A stretch of 64,000 nt of DNA from Acidobacteriota bacterium (GTDB lineage Bacteria; Acidobacteriota; UBA6911): positions 66,862 through 130,861 of the forward strand of contig JAFGAO010000027.1 of assembly GCA_016933615.1 (NCBI GenBank). Reading direction: 5' to 3'. Below the pieces are notes generated by a model. The model was not told the DNA's origin and ran no database searches. It worked only from the letters and a program-made list of their open reading frames with translations. Shown piece by piece: positions 17,981-27,986 of the stretch (positions are counted from its first letter, which is position 1; each line of letters begins with the position of its first letter). The translations under genes and the position numbers were made by a program.

Positions 17981-19837
17981 TCACGCTCTCCCGAATTTTT
18001 TTTCGATTTCACGGTTGCTGAAGCGCAGGACTATCGGCCTCCCGTGCGGACAGCTGGTGGGTATCTGCGTGCAGGCAAGTTGATCGACCAGCCACCGCAT
18101 CTTTTCCATGGACAGGGGCATATTCGCCTTGACCGCCGCACGGCATGCGGTGCTCACCGCGATGCGGTCCCGGATCCGGTCCAGATCCAGCCCCCTTTCC
18201 TCGGCCTCCAAGTTTTCCAAAATTTCTATCAGCAATTCCCTGGAATCGGCTCCCGCGGCAATTGCCGGAACGGAACGTACAATTATGGAAGCGCCGCCGA
18301 AGAATTCCACCCGGAAACCGCTTCTTTGCAGTTCCGGCATCAGTTTTTCGATCAAAGCGGCCTGTTGCGGCGTCAGTTCGATCGTGACGGGATTCAAGAG
18401 CCCCTGCTGTTTCACTTCCATGTTTTTCATCGAGCCGGCCAGCTTCTCGTACAAAATCCTCTCGTGGGCAACGTGCTGATCGATTATTAAAAGGCCCTGC
18501 CTGTCGCCGGCGATGATGTAGCTTTCCCGGTACTGCCCCAGAACCCGGACGGATTCGGCAAACAACGGTTCCCGCTCTTCCCTGCCCGAATCCAGCAGCA
18601 GTTCCGGTCGGATCCGGAGAGACGCATGATCCTCCACCGGAGCGGAAACTTCTCTCATGCCCGGCTCGATTTGGAAATGGAAGTCATCCTGTCGGAAATT
18701 TCCGGAATTTTCCGGGGAATCAGGAAAATTCAGGTGCGTATCCTCCCGAACCGCCGCAAAATTTCCTGAAAATGCCTCGGTTTTTTCCATAGCCCCGAAG
18801 GAGCGACTCCCCGGAGTCCCCGTTTCAAACTCCGGAATGCGGACATGCCGCAACAAGGCGCGTTCGATGCTTTCCCTGACGGAATTGAAGACAGCTTTCT
18901 GATTATGAAACCGGATCTCCGTTTTGGCCGGATGCGCATTGACGTCCACCTGGTCCAGGGGAAGTTCCAGAAACAGCACCACGACCGGGTATGCGGACGC
19001 GGGCATGCACCTTCGGTACGCCTGCCTTACGGCGCCCGTGATCACTTTGTCGCGCACCATCCTTCGGTTCACGAAGAAATACTGGGAGTAGGCGTTGGCT
19101 CTCTGTTCGTGGGGTTGTGAGCTGAATCCATGTACGCGGACCGGACCGTCGGAACCTTCCAGTTCGACCATGTTGTCCAGAAAACCGCTGCCGAATACCT
19201 GGTAGATCCGCTCCCGCACTGTTGAAACCGGGACCGCGTCCAGAAGAACGCGGTCTCCGCTCTGCAGAGTGAAGCGAATCTCCGGATTGCAGAGCGCGTA
19301 GTGGGTAACCAGCCTCGCAATATGCCCGGTTTCCGTATCATTTGTTTTGAGGAATTTTCTGCGGGCCGGGACATTGAAGAAGAGGTCGCGAACGGATATT
19401 TCCGTGCCCCTGTCCCAGGCGACCGGTTTTACCGAACGCAGGATCCCTCCCTGAATCTCGATCTGTGTTCCCGAAGGTATTTCCGGGTCGTCGGTCCGGG
19501 TTTTCATCGTCAGCCTGCTGACGGACGCAATCGATGGCAATGCTTCCCCTCTGAAGCCCAGCGTGGCGATCGCGCCGAGGTCCCGGGCGGTCTCGATTTT
19601 GCTGGTGGCATGATGCTCGAATGACAGGATGGCGTCGTCCTGGTTCATGCCCGTCCCGTCATCCCGCACCGTGATAAGGCGCTTCCCCCCCGAGTGAATG
19701 GTGACGGATACAAACCGGCCGGAGGCATCGATGGAATTCTCCACCAGTTCCTTGACGACCGATGCCGGCCGTTCCACAATCTCGCCGGCTGCAATTTTAT
19801 TGGCCAGGATCTCGGGCAGTACCCTGATTTTGTTCAT
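17981..19837 (-). CDS. mutL: DNA mismatch repair protein MutL
   Basis: A GHKL ATPase N-terminus (ANKIAAGEIVERPASVVKELVENSIDA...DDGTGM) precedes the MutL C-terminal dimerisation domain. The gene converges on dnaE with a 4 bp gap. Confidence 0.95.
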   Translation of the reverse strand: MNKIRVLPEILANKIAAGEIVERPASVVKELVENSIDASGRFVSVTIHSGGKRLITVRDDGTGMNQDDAILSFEHHATSKIETARDLGAIATLGFRGEALPSIASVSRLTMKTRTDDPEIPSGTQIEIQGGILRSVKPVAWDRGTEISVRDLFFNVPARRKFLKTNDTETGHIARLVTHYALCNPEIRFTLQSGDRVLLDAVPVSTVRERIYQVFGSGFLDNMVELEGSDGPVRVHGFSSQPHEQRANAYSQYFFVNRRMVRDKVITGAVRQAYRRCMPASAYPVVVLFLELPLDQVDVNAHPAKTEIRFHNQKAVFNSVRESIERALLRHVRIPEFETGTPGSRSFGAMEKTEAFSGNFAAVREDTHLNFPDSPENSGNFRQDDFHFQIEPGMREVSAPVEDHASLRIRPELLLDSGREEREPLFAESVRVLGQYRESYIIAGDRQGLLIIDQHVAHERILYEKLAGSMKNMEVKQQGLLNPVTIELTPQQAALIEKLMPELQRSGFRVEFFGGASIIVRSVPAIAAGADSRELLIEILENLEAEERGLDLDRIRDRIAVSTACRAAVKANMPLSMEKMRWLVDQLACTQIPTSCPHGRPIVLRFSNREIEKKFGRA

Positions 19838-19937
19838 GATCCCAAATTGGAAATTAAATTACAGATCGAAAATTAGAAGCATGTATTCCGTCGACTCTGC
19901 AGCTCCCGGCTCCCCTTTTGCCTGCAGGCTTCGGTTC

Positions 19938-21245
19938 TTACTCAATCCGACGCGGACCGGAGCGGGGCTGGCCTTCCCCCTGATCGGCGCAGGACGCCAG
20001 ATACTCTGTAAGTTCGGGGGGTGTCACTTCCCATTGACGGGAGTCATGCATCCTCTTCAGGGTATAGGTGTCTCGGCTCAATTCGTCATCGCCCACGATC
20101 AAAACATGCGCTGCATTGATTTTGTTCGCCAGGCGCATCTGGCTTTTCAGGCTCGCGTCTGAAAAATCCAGCATGCAAGATCGCTCCCGGCGACGAATGT
20201 CCCTTGCAAGCAGCAGCGCCCTCCGGAATGCGGCCTCCCCCTTATAGGCGATAAAAAGATCCGGCCTCCAGACACCCGACCGGCGCTTCTCCTCGGGCAG
20301 GATCATGGCCAGACGGTCCAATCCCACGGCAAATCCAATAGCCTTGACCGGAGGGCCCCCGATCACTTCCGACAGGCCGTCGTAGCGGCCGCCGCCGATT
20401 ATGGTATTTTGGGCGCCCAGTTCGCGGCTGACGATCTCAAAAGCGGTGCGGACGTAATAATCCAGTCCCCGAACCAGCCCCGGCACCGTCTCATAAGCGA
20501 CCCCGGCATCATCGAGGTGTTTCTTCACGCGGCTGAAATGTTCCGAACATTCGCTGCAGAGATTGTCCGCGATCGACGGGAGGTTTAATATAATCGGCTG
20601 GCACGTTTCGACCTTGCAGTCGAAAACCCTGAGGCTGTTTGTGTGCGCCCGTCGTCGGCAGTCTTCGCAAAGGCCTGAAATCTCCCCCTGGAGTCTCCGG
20701 CGCAAAATTTCGAGGTACGGGGGGCGGCAACGCCGGCACCCGATTGAATTGATCTGCAGGGAGGCCTCGACGCCGAGGGATTCCGTGAACCGCAACGCCA
20801 TTTCGATGACTTCGGCGTCTATCGCAGGATGATCCGGACCGAAAACTTCCACCCCCGCCTGGTAGAATTGCCGCCACCGTCCTTTCTGTTTCTTTTCGTA
20901 CCGGAACATGGGACCGAAATAGAACAGTTTGGTGATCCCGCTGCCGCGATAGAGCGCGTTCTGAATATAGGCGCGCACGACCGAAGCGGTCGCTTCCGGG
21001 CGAAGCGTCACGGAACGGTTGCCGCGATCCAAAAAGGTATACATTTCCTTGCCGACAATATCGGTATCTTCTCCGATCCCCCTTGCAAATAGCTCCGTGG
21101 GCTCGATGATCGGCGTCCGAATTTCCAGAAAACCGTATTGACGGAAGATCCTCCTGGCGCAATCTTCGACCACGTGCCATGCGACAAGTTCCTCCGGCAA
21201 CAGGTCCCGGGTGCCCGGGAGATTGTTGATCAAAGATTCCGCCAT
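19938..21245 (-). CDS. hisS: Histidine--tRNA ligase HisS
   Basis: Class II aaRS motifs and the HisRS-specific regions are present (GTRDLLPEE...RPEATASVVRAY...GGGRYDGL). Confidence 0.95.
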   Translation of the reverse strand: MAESLINNLPGTRDLLPEELVAWHVVEDCARRIFRQYGFLEIRTPIIEPTELFARGIGEDTDIVGKEMYTFLDRGNRSVTLRPEATASVVRAYIQNALYRGSGITKLFYFGPMFRYEKKQKGRWRQFYQAGVEVFGPDHPAIDAEVIEMALRFTESLGVEASLQINSIGCRRCRPPYLEILRRRLQGEISGLCEDCRRRAHTNSLRVFDCKVETCQPIILNLPSIADNLCSECSEHFSRVKKHLDDAGVAYETVPGLVRGLDYYVRTAFEIVSRELGAQNTIIGGGRYDGLSEVIGGPPVKAIGFAVGLDRLAMILPEEKRRSGVWRPDLFIAYKGEAAFRRALLLARDIRRRERSCMLDFSDASLKSQMRLANKINAAHVLIVGDDELSRDTYTLKRMHDSRQWEVTPPELTEYLASCADQGEGQPRSGPRRIE

Positions 21246-21416
21246 GCTTTCACCCCTGAGATAACAGTGACAAGGGCATATGGTAGCAGACTCCCGTCAC
21301 CCGGGTAACACTTTATTGCCGGCGACGGATTCAATTTTAACGGCGGTGCTGTATGGGGAATTCGGCGAAGGGGGGCGGATAAAGGCGGCGGTTTCGGCTT
21401 CAAGATGGATTGTATT

Positions 21417-22829
21417 TTACCGCGCACCTTCTGTCTTCTGAATCCGGATATCGTTCCGAACCATTCCTCTCTTGGAAACCTCCTGGATCAGATCCTCGAT
21501 GAAATTAATGAATTTCCGCATGCGGGCCATTATTTCGGATGAATTGTTCGAGATCGCGATTGTTTCCATAAAGGTTTCAAAACCGGCCCAATCCCGGTAC
21601 ATGAGCGAGGACAACGATTTCTCCTTAAAAGATGCCAGCCGCTCGATGATCTTGTTCGCATCCGGGACGGTTTCATTTTCAGACAGCTCGATCAGCCACT
21701 GTCTCAGGCTCCATAAGTCCTGACGGATCTGGTCGCCCATCGCGATGCGCTCCACCCTTTTCGGGAACAGCTTCTGTTCGTCGAAGTGAGGATCCACGGC
21801 ATTTACCAGGCTCAGGATGCCGCTCTGGAAGCAGTTCAGGAGCAGGCCGTGGCTGTTTTCCATCCGCGCATAAACATTGGCGGGTTCCATTTCCCGGGCA
21901 ACGAAAACAAGTTCCCTGGACATGACTTTTCGGGATTCGGTTTTGAGCGAATATGCAACCAGATCCGCGGCATTCCTCAGCTCCTGTCCCGTACCTTTAC
22001 CTTTAAGCATGCGCGCCTTGAGAAAGTTCGCTAAATTCTCCATCTCCTCATGAAGGAGCGAAAAAACAACCAGGTTGTGCTTCAAGGTTCTATCGTGCTC
22101 GAGATCGCCGGATACGAAGTTCAAATATTTAAGAAAGCGGAATATGAACAGTATCGCCAGGGCGACATTGCGCTGCAGCTGCTCGTCCCTGATGCCGCGG
22201 AGCACTTCGGTCAGGTGCTTATTCTCTATGAGGTCGTACTGCATCCGGAATCTCTGGCTCATGAGCATGTCGACATAACGGCAATTTTTCAGCTCCTGCC
22301 GGTAGCTCCTTCCCAGGGTGAGAAAAAGCTGAAAACCCGGATTCGGAAGCCGCTGGAAGGCATCGATCGAAATTCGGATATCGTTCAAGGAATCCAGAAG
22401 CTGCGCCATGCTGTCTACGGGCGAGATCTGGGCCAGAAACCTGTTTGTGTGAGAATCCAGGATTCTTTCTTTTCTTATCTTGTCCTCTATGACCTTCTCG
22501 AGTTCGAATTCCTCCGCGTGCCCGACGCTGAGCACGTCGCACGCGTAAGTTTCGCAGATCTGAACGGCGCTGCGGATGATCTTGATTTCGGAAAGGAAGC
22601 TGCGGCCCAGCAGGCTTTCCTTTTCAGAATCCGCCAGGGGAAGATGGTCCATATTCAGGAAAGACCGGATTCCCTTGAGCCATGTCTCCAGCCCGAATAG
22701 GCTGTCGATCGCTCCCCGTTCATGAACGTGTTTAATCCATGAGGAAAGATTTTCATTCCCGGCAACGATTTCGGCGCGCAATGCCTCCAGGAACGAATTG
22801 CGCGCTTTCGGGGATTTCAGTACCGGCAT
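21417..22829 (-). CDS. Hypothetical protein, about 470 aa, predicted all-alpha, no recognised domain
   Basis: This is a long ORF (21417-22898) with lower GC (about 48-50%) than its neighbours. There are no Walker or other catalytic motifs. A possible Rx4H motif occurs at ARMENSH. ATG 22829 (MPVLKSP) avoids overlap with the upstream small ORF. Confidence 0.5.
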   Translation of the reverse strand: MPVLKSPKARNSFLEALRAEIVAGNENLSSWIKHVHERGAIDSLFGLETWLKGIRSFLNMDHLPLADSEKESLLGRSFLSEIKIIRSAVQICETYACDVLSVGHAEEFELEKVIEDKIRKERILDSHTNRFLAQISPVDSMAQLLDSLNDIRISIDAFQRLPNPGFQLFLTLGRSYRQELKNCRYVDMLMSQRFRMQYDLIENKHLTEVLRGIRDEQLQRNVALAILFIFRFLKYLNFVSGDLEHDRTLKHNLVVFSLLHEEMENLANFLKARMLKGKGTGQELRNAADLVAYSLKTESRKVMSRELVFVAREMEPANVYARMENSHGLLLNCFQSGILSLVNAVDPHFDEQKLFPKRVERIAMGDQIRQDLWSLRQWLIELSENETVPDANKIIERLASFKEKSLSSLMYRDWAGFETFMETIAISNNSSEIMARMRKFINFIEDLIQEVSKRGMVRNDIRIQKTEGAR

Positions 22830-22842
22830 AAAAGACTCCAGC

Positions 22843-23178
22843 CTACAGCAGCTTTTTGTACTCCTCGGTCCGCTTCCTAAGCGCCAGCCAGTCCTCAAAG
22901 AGATCCGGAATTTCGAGCCATATCCGGAACCATTCGGCTATCTCTCTTTTCTCCAGCCTTTTCTGTGGACTTACCCTTTTGTCCTTGCTGATGTACTCGG
23001 ACCTGCGCCTTCCGATCAGAGCAATTTTCCTGCAATACTCCACTCCCTTCTTATCGCTCGCCTCCCCATATTTCCGGCATAATTTTTCGAGGGTCCGGAT
23101 TGTTTTTTCTGCCCGGGTCAAATCGGAAAAAGACAGAATCCCTTTAAAATCATCACAATAGGGCTTCTCGATATCCAT
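22843..23178 (-). CDS. Hypothetical small basic protein (111 aa), upstream partner of the 470 aa hypothetical
   Basis: It is a lysine- and arginine-rich ORF with the same orientation and the same lower GC as the downstream gene. It lies 13 nt upstream of the proposed start of that gene. I recognise no family for it. Confidence 0.4.
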   Translation of the reverse strand: MDIEKPYCDDFKGILSFSDLTRAEKTIRTLEKLCRKYGEASDKKGVEYCRKIALIGRRRSEYISKDKRVSPQKRLEKREIAEWFRIWLEIPDLFEDWLALRKRTEEYKKLL

Positions 23179-23294
23179 TTCCTGTCCGGTCCTATTCCAC
23201 GCATTTCGTAAGCGGACGGCAGCGGAACCTCCGGATGGGACGCTATCCGAAACAGCGCCGGATACAGTTGAAAATAACCGAAACCAACGGCATA

Positions 23295-24425
23295 ATGCCG
23301 CAGTCCGCCCTTTTTAAAAGGCGCGCAAAGCAATACCGGGGCGAACCGGAGAAACGATTTACTCGCCTCACCCATATAGAAGCCGGTTGCGCTTTTACGA
23401 ATGATACCATTGCGCCGGGATACGTCACATTGGAATCCTATTTCGTCTACATCCTAGCGAAAACAGCGATATTTTTCATGCGTGCTCTGCCCCGTTCCCT
23501 GGGCCTTTTTTTGACCCGGTCCATGGCGCTGGCTGCCTACTGGCTCGACCCCCGGCACCGGCACATCGCGGACGTAAATCTGAAAATAGCATTTCCCGGA
23601 CTGCCTCAATCCAGGAGATCGGAGATAGCCCGGAGAAGCTTTCAGAACACAGCGCTGAACCTGCTTGAAATCAGCCGCCTACCGCTTCTCAACCGTCGTA
23701 ATATTTCGAAACTCGTGCAGTATGATTCCGATTCCGGCCTCCGGAATTTCCACGAGGCACAGTCCAGGGAAAAGGGCATTCTTTATCTGACGGGACATTT
23801 CAGCGCTTGGGAGCTGCTGCCGGCCGCGCATGCGGTCTACGGCCATCCGCTCCGCTTCATCACGCGCCCCCTGGACAATACCCGGCTGGACCGCTATTTG
23901 CAGCGCCTGCGCGAGTGCGCGGGAAACCGGGTGATCCGCAAGAAAAACGCCGCGCGCACCGTTCTTCGAGCGCTCAAGGAAAAGGGGCACGTGGGAATAT
24001 TGATGGATCAGAACACGAGCCTCGAGGAGGGAATTTACGCAGACTTTTTCGGGCTCCCGGCGGCAACCACTACGGCCCTGGCTCTGTTGGCCCTGCGCAC
24101 GGACGCCCCTATCCTTCCGGGCTACCTGACGCCCATGCGGGGTGGACGTTACCGGATCAAATTTCTGCGCCCGATTGAAGCGGCCCGAACGGGCGACCGG
24201 AATGGGGATGTCGAGCAGCTCACCGCCAGGCTCAACCGAATTCTGGAACAAATCATACGGGAGCAGCCGGAAACCTGGCTGTGGGGGCATAAAAGGTGGA
24301 AAAACCAGCCCGCCGGTAATTCCCGGGATCTCTACAGGCTATCGGGCGAGGAACTGGATCGGTTTTTGGAATCAGCCGGGCGGGCGTCTACTCCCCGGGC
24401 CGATCCGGCTTCAGAAGACGAATGA
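23295..24425 (+). CDS. Lipid A biosynthesis lauroyl/myristoyl acyltransferase (LpxL/HtrB family)
   Basis: It has an N-terminal TM helix, an HX4(D/E) acyltransferase motif (LTGHFSAWELL), and downstream blocks that align with E. coli LpxL (ILMDQN..., WLWGHKRWK). The start is uncertain because the ORF extends back to 23235. Confidence 0.7.
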   Translation: MPQSALFKRRAKQYRGEPEKRFTRLTHIEAGCAFTNDTIAPGYVTLESYFVYILAKTAIFFMRALPRSLGLFLTRSMALAAYWLDPRHRHIADVNLKIAFPGLPQSRRSEIARRSFQNTALNLLEISRLPLLNRRNISKLVQYDSDSGLRNFHEAQSREKGILYLTGHFSAWELLPAAHAVYGHPLRFITRPLDNTRLDRYLQRLRECAGNRVIRKKNAARTVLRALKEKGHVGILMDQNTSLEEGIYADFFGLPAATTTALALLALRTDAPILPGYLTPMRGGRYRIKFLRPIEAARTGDRNGDVEQLTARLNRILEQIIREQPETWLWGHKRWKNQPAGNSRDLYRLSGEELDRFLESAGRASTPRADPASEDE

Positions 24426-25938
24426 AATCGTTTCTATAGCGCACCGCATCCAGAATGGAATGGACATTTTTCAGCTCCTCCAGCAACAGGCTGCGGTAAC
24501 GTTCCGGCTCCATTTCGACGGCCTCGGCGAATGCAGCGACAGCCTGATCCGCTTTCCCCGCCTTGGAATAGAGAATACCCAGATGGAAGTGATTCAGGGC
24601 CCGGCCGCTTCCCAGCGCGACCGCCTTCTCATGCGCATGAACGGCATCCGCATCGAGACCGAGTTTCTCGCACACAAGGGCTAAATTAATCCACGCGGAA
24701 GCGTACTTCGGATCCAGGTGCACCGCGGCCTTGAATTGCTCAAGAGCTTCGGTCAGCCGGCCCCCCTCTGCGTAAATCGTTCCCAGATTGTAGCGGGCGT
24801 CGGCCTGATCCGGTTTCAACTCCAGCGTTTTTTTGTAGGCCGCAACGGCTTCCTCCGGCCTTTTGAGTTCACTGTACAGATGCCCCAGGAGATAATGGAC
24901 GTCCGCGCTTCCGGCATCGAGTTTTGCGGACCTCTCAAGAGAGGAAACGGCGGCTTCAATCCGATTCAGATTCGCCTGGCAGAATCCCAGCTTTGCATAC
25001 AACCGGGCTTTATCCGAAGCGTTGGGAAGAGCGGACTGATAGGCGTCTGCCGCTTTTTCAAGCTCCTTCTGTTCGGAATAGACGTCTCCCAGCTTTTCCT
25101 GCACAACCGGGTCGCCGGGCCGTATACGATCGGCCGCGACAAGTTCTTCGGCTGCTTCGGGAAATTTCTTCTGCCGTATGTATGTATGTGCCAGATGGAA
25201 GCGGGCCGTAAAATTATCGGGGTCGCTATCCGTCACGATTAAATACTGTTGCGCAGCTTTGTCCGCTTCGCCGTTACTTTCGAGCAGTCTTGCAAGCTCC
25301 ATGCGCAGGGCCGGATCCTCCGGATCCGAATCGATAAGCTGCCGCAGGTTCGCCATGGCGGCGGCATCCCTGTTTGCACCAATTTGGAGCATTGCGAGGG
25401 CCCTGCGCATTTCCAGGTCTTCCGGAAAATATTGCAGCCCCCGCTCCAGTGCATGGATTGCCGCTTCCGTATTCTCCAGTTTCCTGTGAGCCGATGCCAG
25501 AAGCTGATGGACGCCTCCGAAGGCCGGATTGATTTCGATCACCTTTTCGAATTCAAGAACCGCCTCTTCAATCTTTCCCTGGTTGGCATAAATCAAACCG
25601 AGATTGTAGTGGGCCTCCGTAAAGTCCGGTTTTATCTGCGTGGCTTTCAGATACAGTCCGGCCTGCTCATCGCTGTTTTCCTTGGGCGTTCCGATCAGGG
25701 CTTCCGCTTTTTTGACCCAGCCGAAAGCCTCGTTGAAGAGTACGGCGTCCTCGACCGTCGGAACTTTGTCCCGGTTTTGCGTCTCTTCGGCTCCGAGCCG
25801 CGTTGCGGTGCAAAGAGTAAGGCACACAAAAGCGGCAACGGCATATTTTGCAGCAGCTGATATCCCATGCGGGCGGAAATTCGTCAATATCGTGCACTCC
25901 GGGTTTTGATCCCCGTCTCTTCGAATACGGACACCCAT
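24388..25938 (-). CDS. Tetratricopeptide repeat protein with N-terminal signal peptide
   Basis: There are more than 10 TPR units (AHYNLGLIYANQGKIEEAVLEFEKVIEINP and similar). A hydrophobic N-terminal segment (AAFVCLTLCTATRLGAEE) looks like a signal peptide. The 3' end overlaps the lpxL-like 3' end by 38 nt on the opposite strand. Confidence 0.7.
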   Translation of the reverse strand: MGVRIRRDGDQNPECTILTNFRPHGISAAAKYAVAAFVCLTLCTATRLGAEETQNRDKVPTVEDAVLFNEAFGWVKKAEALIGTPKENSDEQAGLYLKATQIKPDFTEAHYNLGLIYANQGKIEEAVLEFEKVIEINPAFGGVHQLLASAHRKLENTEAAIHALERGLQYFPEDLEMRRALAMLQIGANRDAAAMANLRQLIDSDPEDPALRMELARLLESNGEADKAAQQYLIVTDSDPDNFTARFHLAHTYIRQKKFPEAAEELVAADRIRPGDPVVQEKLGDVYSEQKELEKAADAYQSALPNASDKARLYAKLGFCQANLNRIEAAVSSLERSAKLDAGSADVHYLLGHLYSELKRPEEAVAAYKKTLELKPDQADARYNLGTIYAEGGRLTEALEQFKAAVHLDPKYASAWINLALVCEKLGLDADAVHAHEKAVALGSGRALNHFHLGILYSKAGKADQAVAAFAEAVEMEPERYRSLLLEELKNVHSILDAVRYRNDFIRLLKPDRPGE

Positions 25939-25951
25939 TGTGATTCGTGAT

Positions 25952-26899
25952 CTAGAAAGGAGTCAGGTCAAATTTCACGGCGTTGTTTTTATTGAAATCC
26001 TCAAAAAGGGTGATTTTGCAGAATTCCCGGTATCGCGCTTCGATTTCCGTAAAAGTGAGCTCCCCCAGCCTTTTGGCGCCGAATTCCGCCACGGTATAGG
26101 AGGCCATGACGGTACCGTATACGACGGCCTTTCGAAATGAAATCTCGTCTAGGGAAGCCGAGCTGGCTAGGTATCCTATAAGGCCGCCGGCAAAAGAATC
26201 CCCCGCACCCGTGGGATCGAAAACATTTTCAATCAAAAATGCCGGCACGCAGAACTGGGTGCGGGGTCCGAACAGGATCGCCCCGTATTCCCCCCGCTTT
26301 ATAACCAGCCTTTTGGGTCCCATCTCCATTATTTTTCTTGCCGCCTGCAGAACGTTGGGGGTGCCGGCAAGCATCCAGGCCTCCTCGTCGTTTACCACCA
26401 GCAGATCGATCCTTTCCAGCATTTTCATCAAAGAATCCCTTTTGTTCTGTATCCACATATTCATCGTGTCGCAGGCGACGAATTTCGCATCCGTCATCTG
26501 CCCGAGAACGGAGCGCTGCAGATCGGGATCGATATTGCCCAGAAAAAGATAGGGACACCGACGCTGGCCGGGCGCCAGTTCAGGATTAAAACCCGCGAAA
26601 ACATTCAACTGAGTGTCCAGCGTCGTTCGCGCATTTAGATTATCTTCGTACTTCCCTTTCCAGCGGAAAGTCCTGCCCGGCACTCTCCGGAGTCCTGCCG
26701 TGTCGATTCCCTTGATTCGCAAAAACTCCGTATGTTCCTCGGGAAAATCTTCGCCCACCACGGCTACCATGGAAACATCCGTGAAGTAGCTGGCCGCGAT
26801 GCCGGCATAGGTGGCGGAACCGCCCAGGATATCTTTTTTTGACCCGAACGGCGTTATGACCGAGTCGAGCGCGACGGAGCCGACAACCAGTACACCCAT
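25952..26899 (-). CDS. PfkB family carbohydrate/nucleoside kinase (ribokinase-like)
   Basis: The PfkB N-terminal GG motif (VVGSVALDSV...GGSATYAG) and the C-terminal anion-hole motif (DPTGAGDSFAGGLI) are present. The gene is adjacent to mtnP. Confidence 0.8.
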   Translation of the reverse strand: MGVLVVGSVALDSVITPFGSKKDILGGSATYAGIAASYFTDVSMVAVVGEDFPEEHTEFLRIKGIDTAGLRRVPGRTFRWKGKYEDNLNARTTLDTQLNVFAGFNPELAPGQRRCPYLFLGNIDPDLQRSVLGQMTDAKFVACDTMNMWIQNKRDSLMKMLERIDLLVVNDEEAWMLAGTPNVLQAARKIMEMGPKRLVIKRGEYGAILFGPRTQFCVPAFLIENVFDPTGAGDSFAGGLIGYLASSASLDEISFRKAVVYGTVMASYTVAEFGAKRLGELTFTEIEARYREFCKITLFEDFNKNNAVKFDLTPF

Positions 26900-26917
26900 A
26901 TTCTCTCCATTCTTCCT

Positions 26918-27781
26918 TCATTCTAGGTATTTGCCCACAATGCAGTCCAAGCGGGTTTTGGTCTCTTCGTCTATCAGGTTTTTATCCGTGATCAGGGCGT
27001 ATTTCAATGCTTCTCCGCACTGGCATGCTCTTTTGAGATTCATTCCCCGAACGGTCTCGGCAAGAATTTTCCGGGCGTTCCGGCTGTTTTTCTGCAGGTT
27101 TCCCAGAATCATATCGGCGCTGACGGTTTCATGGGAATCGTGCCAGCAGTCGAAATCCGTGACCAGAGCAATAGTAACGTAGCAGATTTCCGCTTCCCGG
27201 GCCAATTTCGCCTCCTGCAGGTTGGTCATCCCGATAATATCCATGCCCCACTCGCGATACAGGCGGGATTCCGCCCTGGTGGAAAACGCGGGCCCTTCCA
27301 TGCAGAGATAGGTTCCTCCTCTTTTCGTCTCGATGCCGACTTTGCGCGCCGCCGCCTGAACCTGCGCTATCAGGTCCGGGCAAACCGGGTCGCTGAACGC
27401 GATGTGAGCCACCAGACCGTTGCCGAAGAAGGTCGAGATGCGCCCTCGGGTTCTGTCCGCAAATTGATCCGGCAATACAATATCCAGCGGCGCAATCTCT
27501 TCCTTGAGGGATCCTACGGCGCTCACGGAGAGAATCCGCTCCACTCCAATTTTTTTCATCGCGTATATGTTGGCCCGAAAATTCAGTTCGGAAGGGAGAT
27601 AACGATGCCCGCGTCCGTGCCGCGAAAGGAAAACCACGCGCTTTCCAGCCAGCGTGCCCAGAATCAGACTGTCGGAAGGCCTGCCGAATGGGGTGTCCAA
27701 ATCCACTTCGCTCCGTTCCGTAAGTTCCTCCATGTCGTACAAACCGCTTCCGCCGATAATGCCAATCGCAACTTTTTCCAT
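26918..27781 (-). CDS. mtnP: S-methyl-5'-thioadenosine phosphorylase (MTAP)
   Basis: This is a PNP/MTAP family protein (IGIIGGSGLYDM...RHGRGHRYLPSELNFRANIYAMKKIGVERILSVSAVG). The sulfate/phosphate-binding residues are conserved. Confidence 0.85.
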   Translation of the reverse strand: MEKVAIGIIGGSGLYDMEELTERSEVDLDTPFGRPSDSLILGTLAGKRVVFLSRHGRGHRYLPSELNFRANIYAMKKIGVERILSVSAVGSLKEEIAPLDIVLPDQFADRTRGRISTFFGNGLVAHIAFSDPVCPDLIAQVQAAARKVGIETKRGGTYLCMEGPAFSTRAESRLYREWGMDIIGMTNLQEAKLAREAEICYVTIALVTDFDCWHDSHETVSADMILGNLQKNSRNARKILAETVRGMNLKRACQCGEALKYALITDKNLIDEETKTRLDCIVGKYLE

Positions 27782-27796
27782 AATGACCCGTCTGCC

Positions 27797-27819
27797 GCCT
27801 GCCCGCGCTGATCGCGGGC
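27797..27819. other. Perfect inverted repeat CTGCCCGCG-ctgat-CGCGGGCAG (9 bp stem, 5 nt loop) 16 nt upstream of the mtnP start codon
   Basis: The sequence was read directly. On the minus-strand mRNA it is preceded by UUUU and followed by GCGGCAGACGGGUCAUU-AUG. There is no 3' U-tract, so it is not a canonical intrinsic terminator. Confidence 0.5.
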
Positions 27820-27957
27820 AGAAAAGTTAATAATCAGTGAATTCCCGGTATCCAGCTACTTTTCAGTCGAAGCGGCCGGAATTCCTGTGGGTATTTCGGG
27901 ATCCCGGCCGCCCCTTTCGTGTTTCCGATAATCTAACATCTTAACAGCGATGAAGGG

Positions 27958-27986
27958 ATTTTAAAAGAGAGCGCCATCTTTTCAAT
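27958..27986 (-). promoter_or_regulatory. Candidate sigma70-type promoter for mtnP (minus strand: TTGAAA-16 nt-TAAAAT)
   Basis: On the minus strand, 5'-TTGAAAAGATGGCGCTCTCTTTTAAAAT-3' lies about 180 nt upstream of the mtnP ATG, inside a 465 bp gap with no coding potential. Confidence 0.3.
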
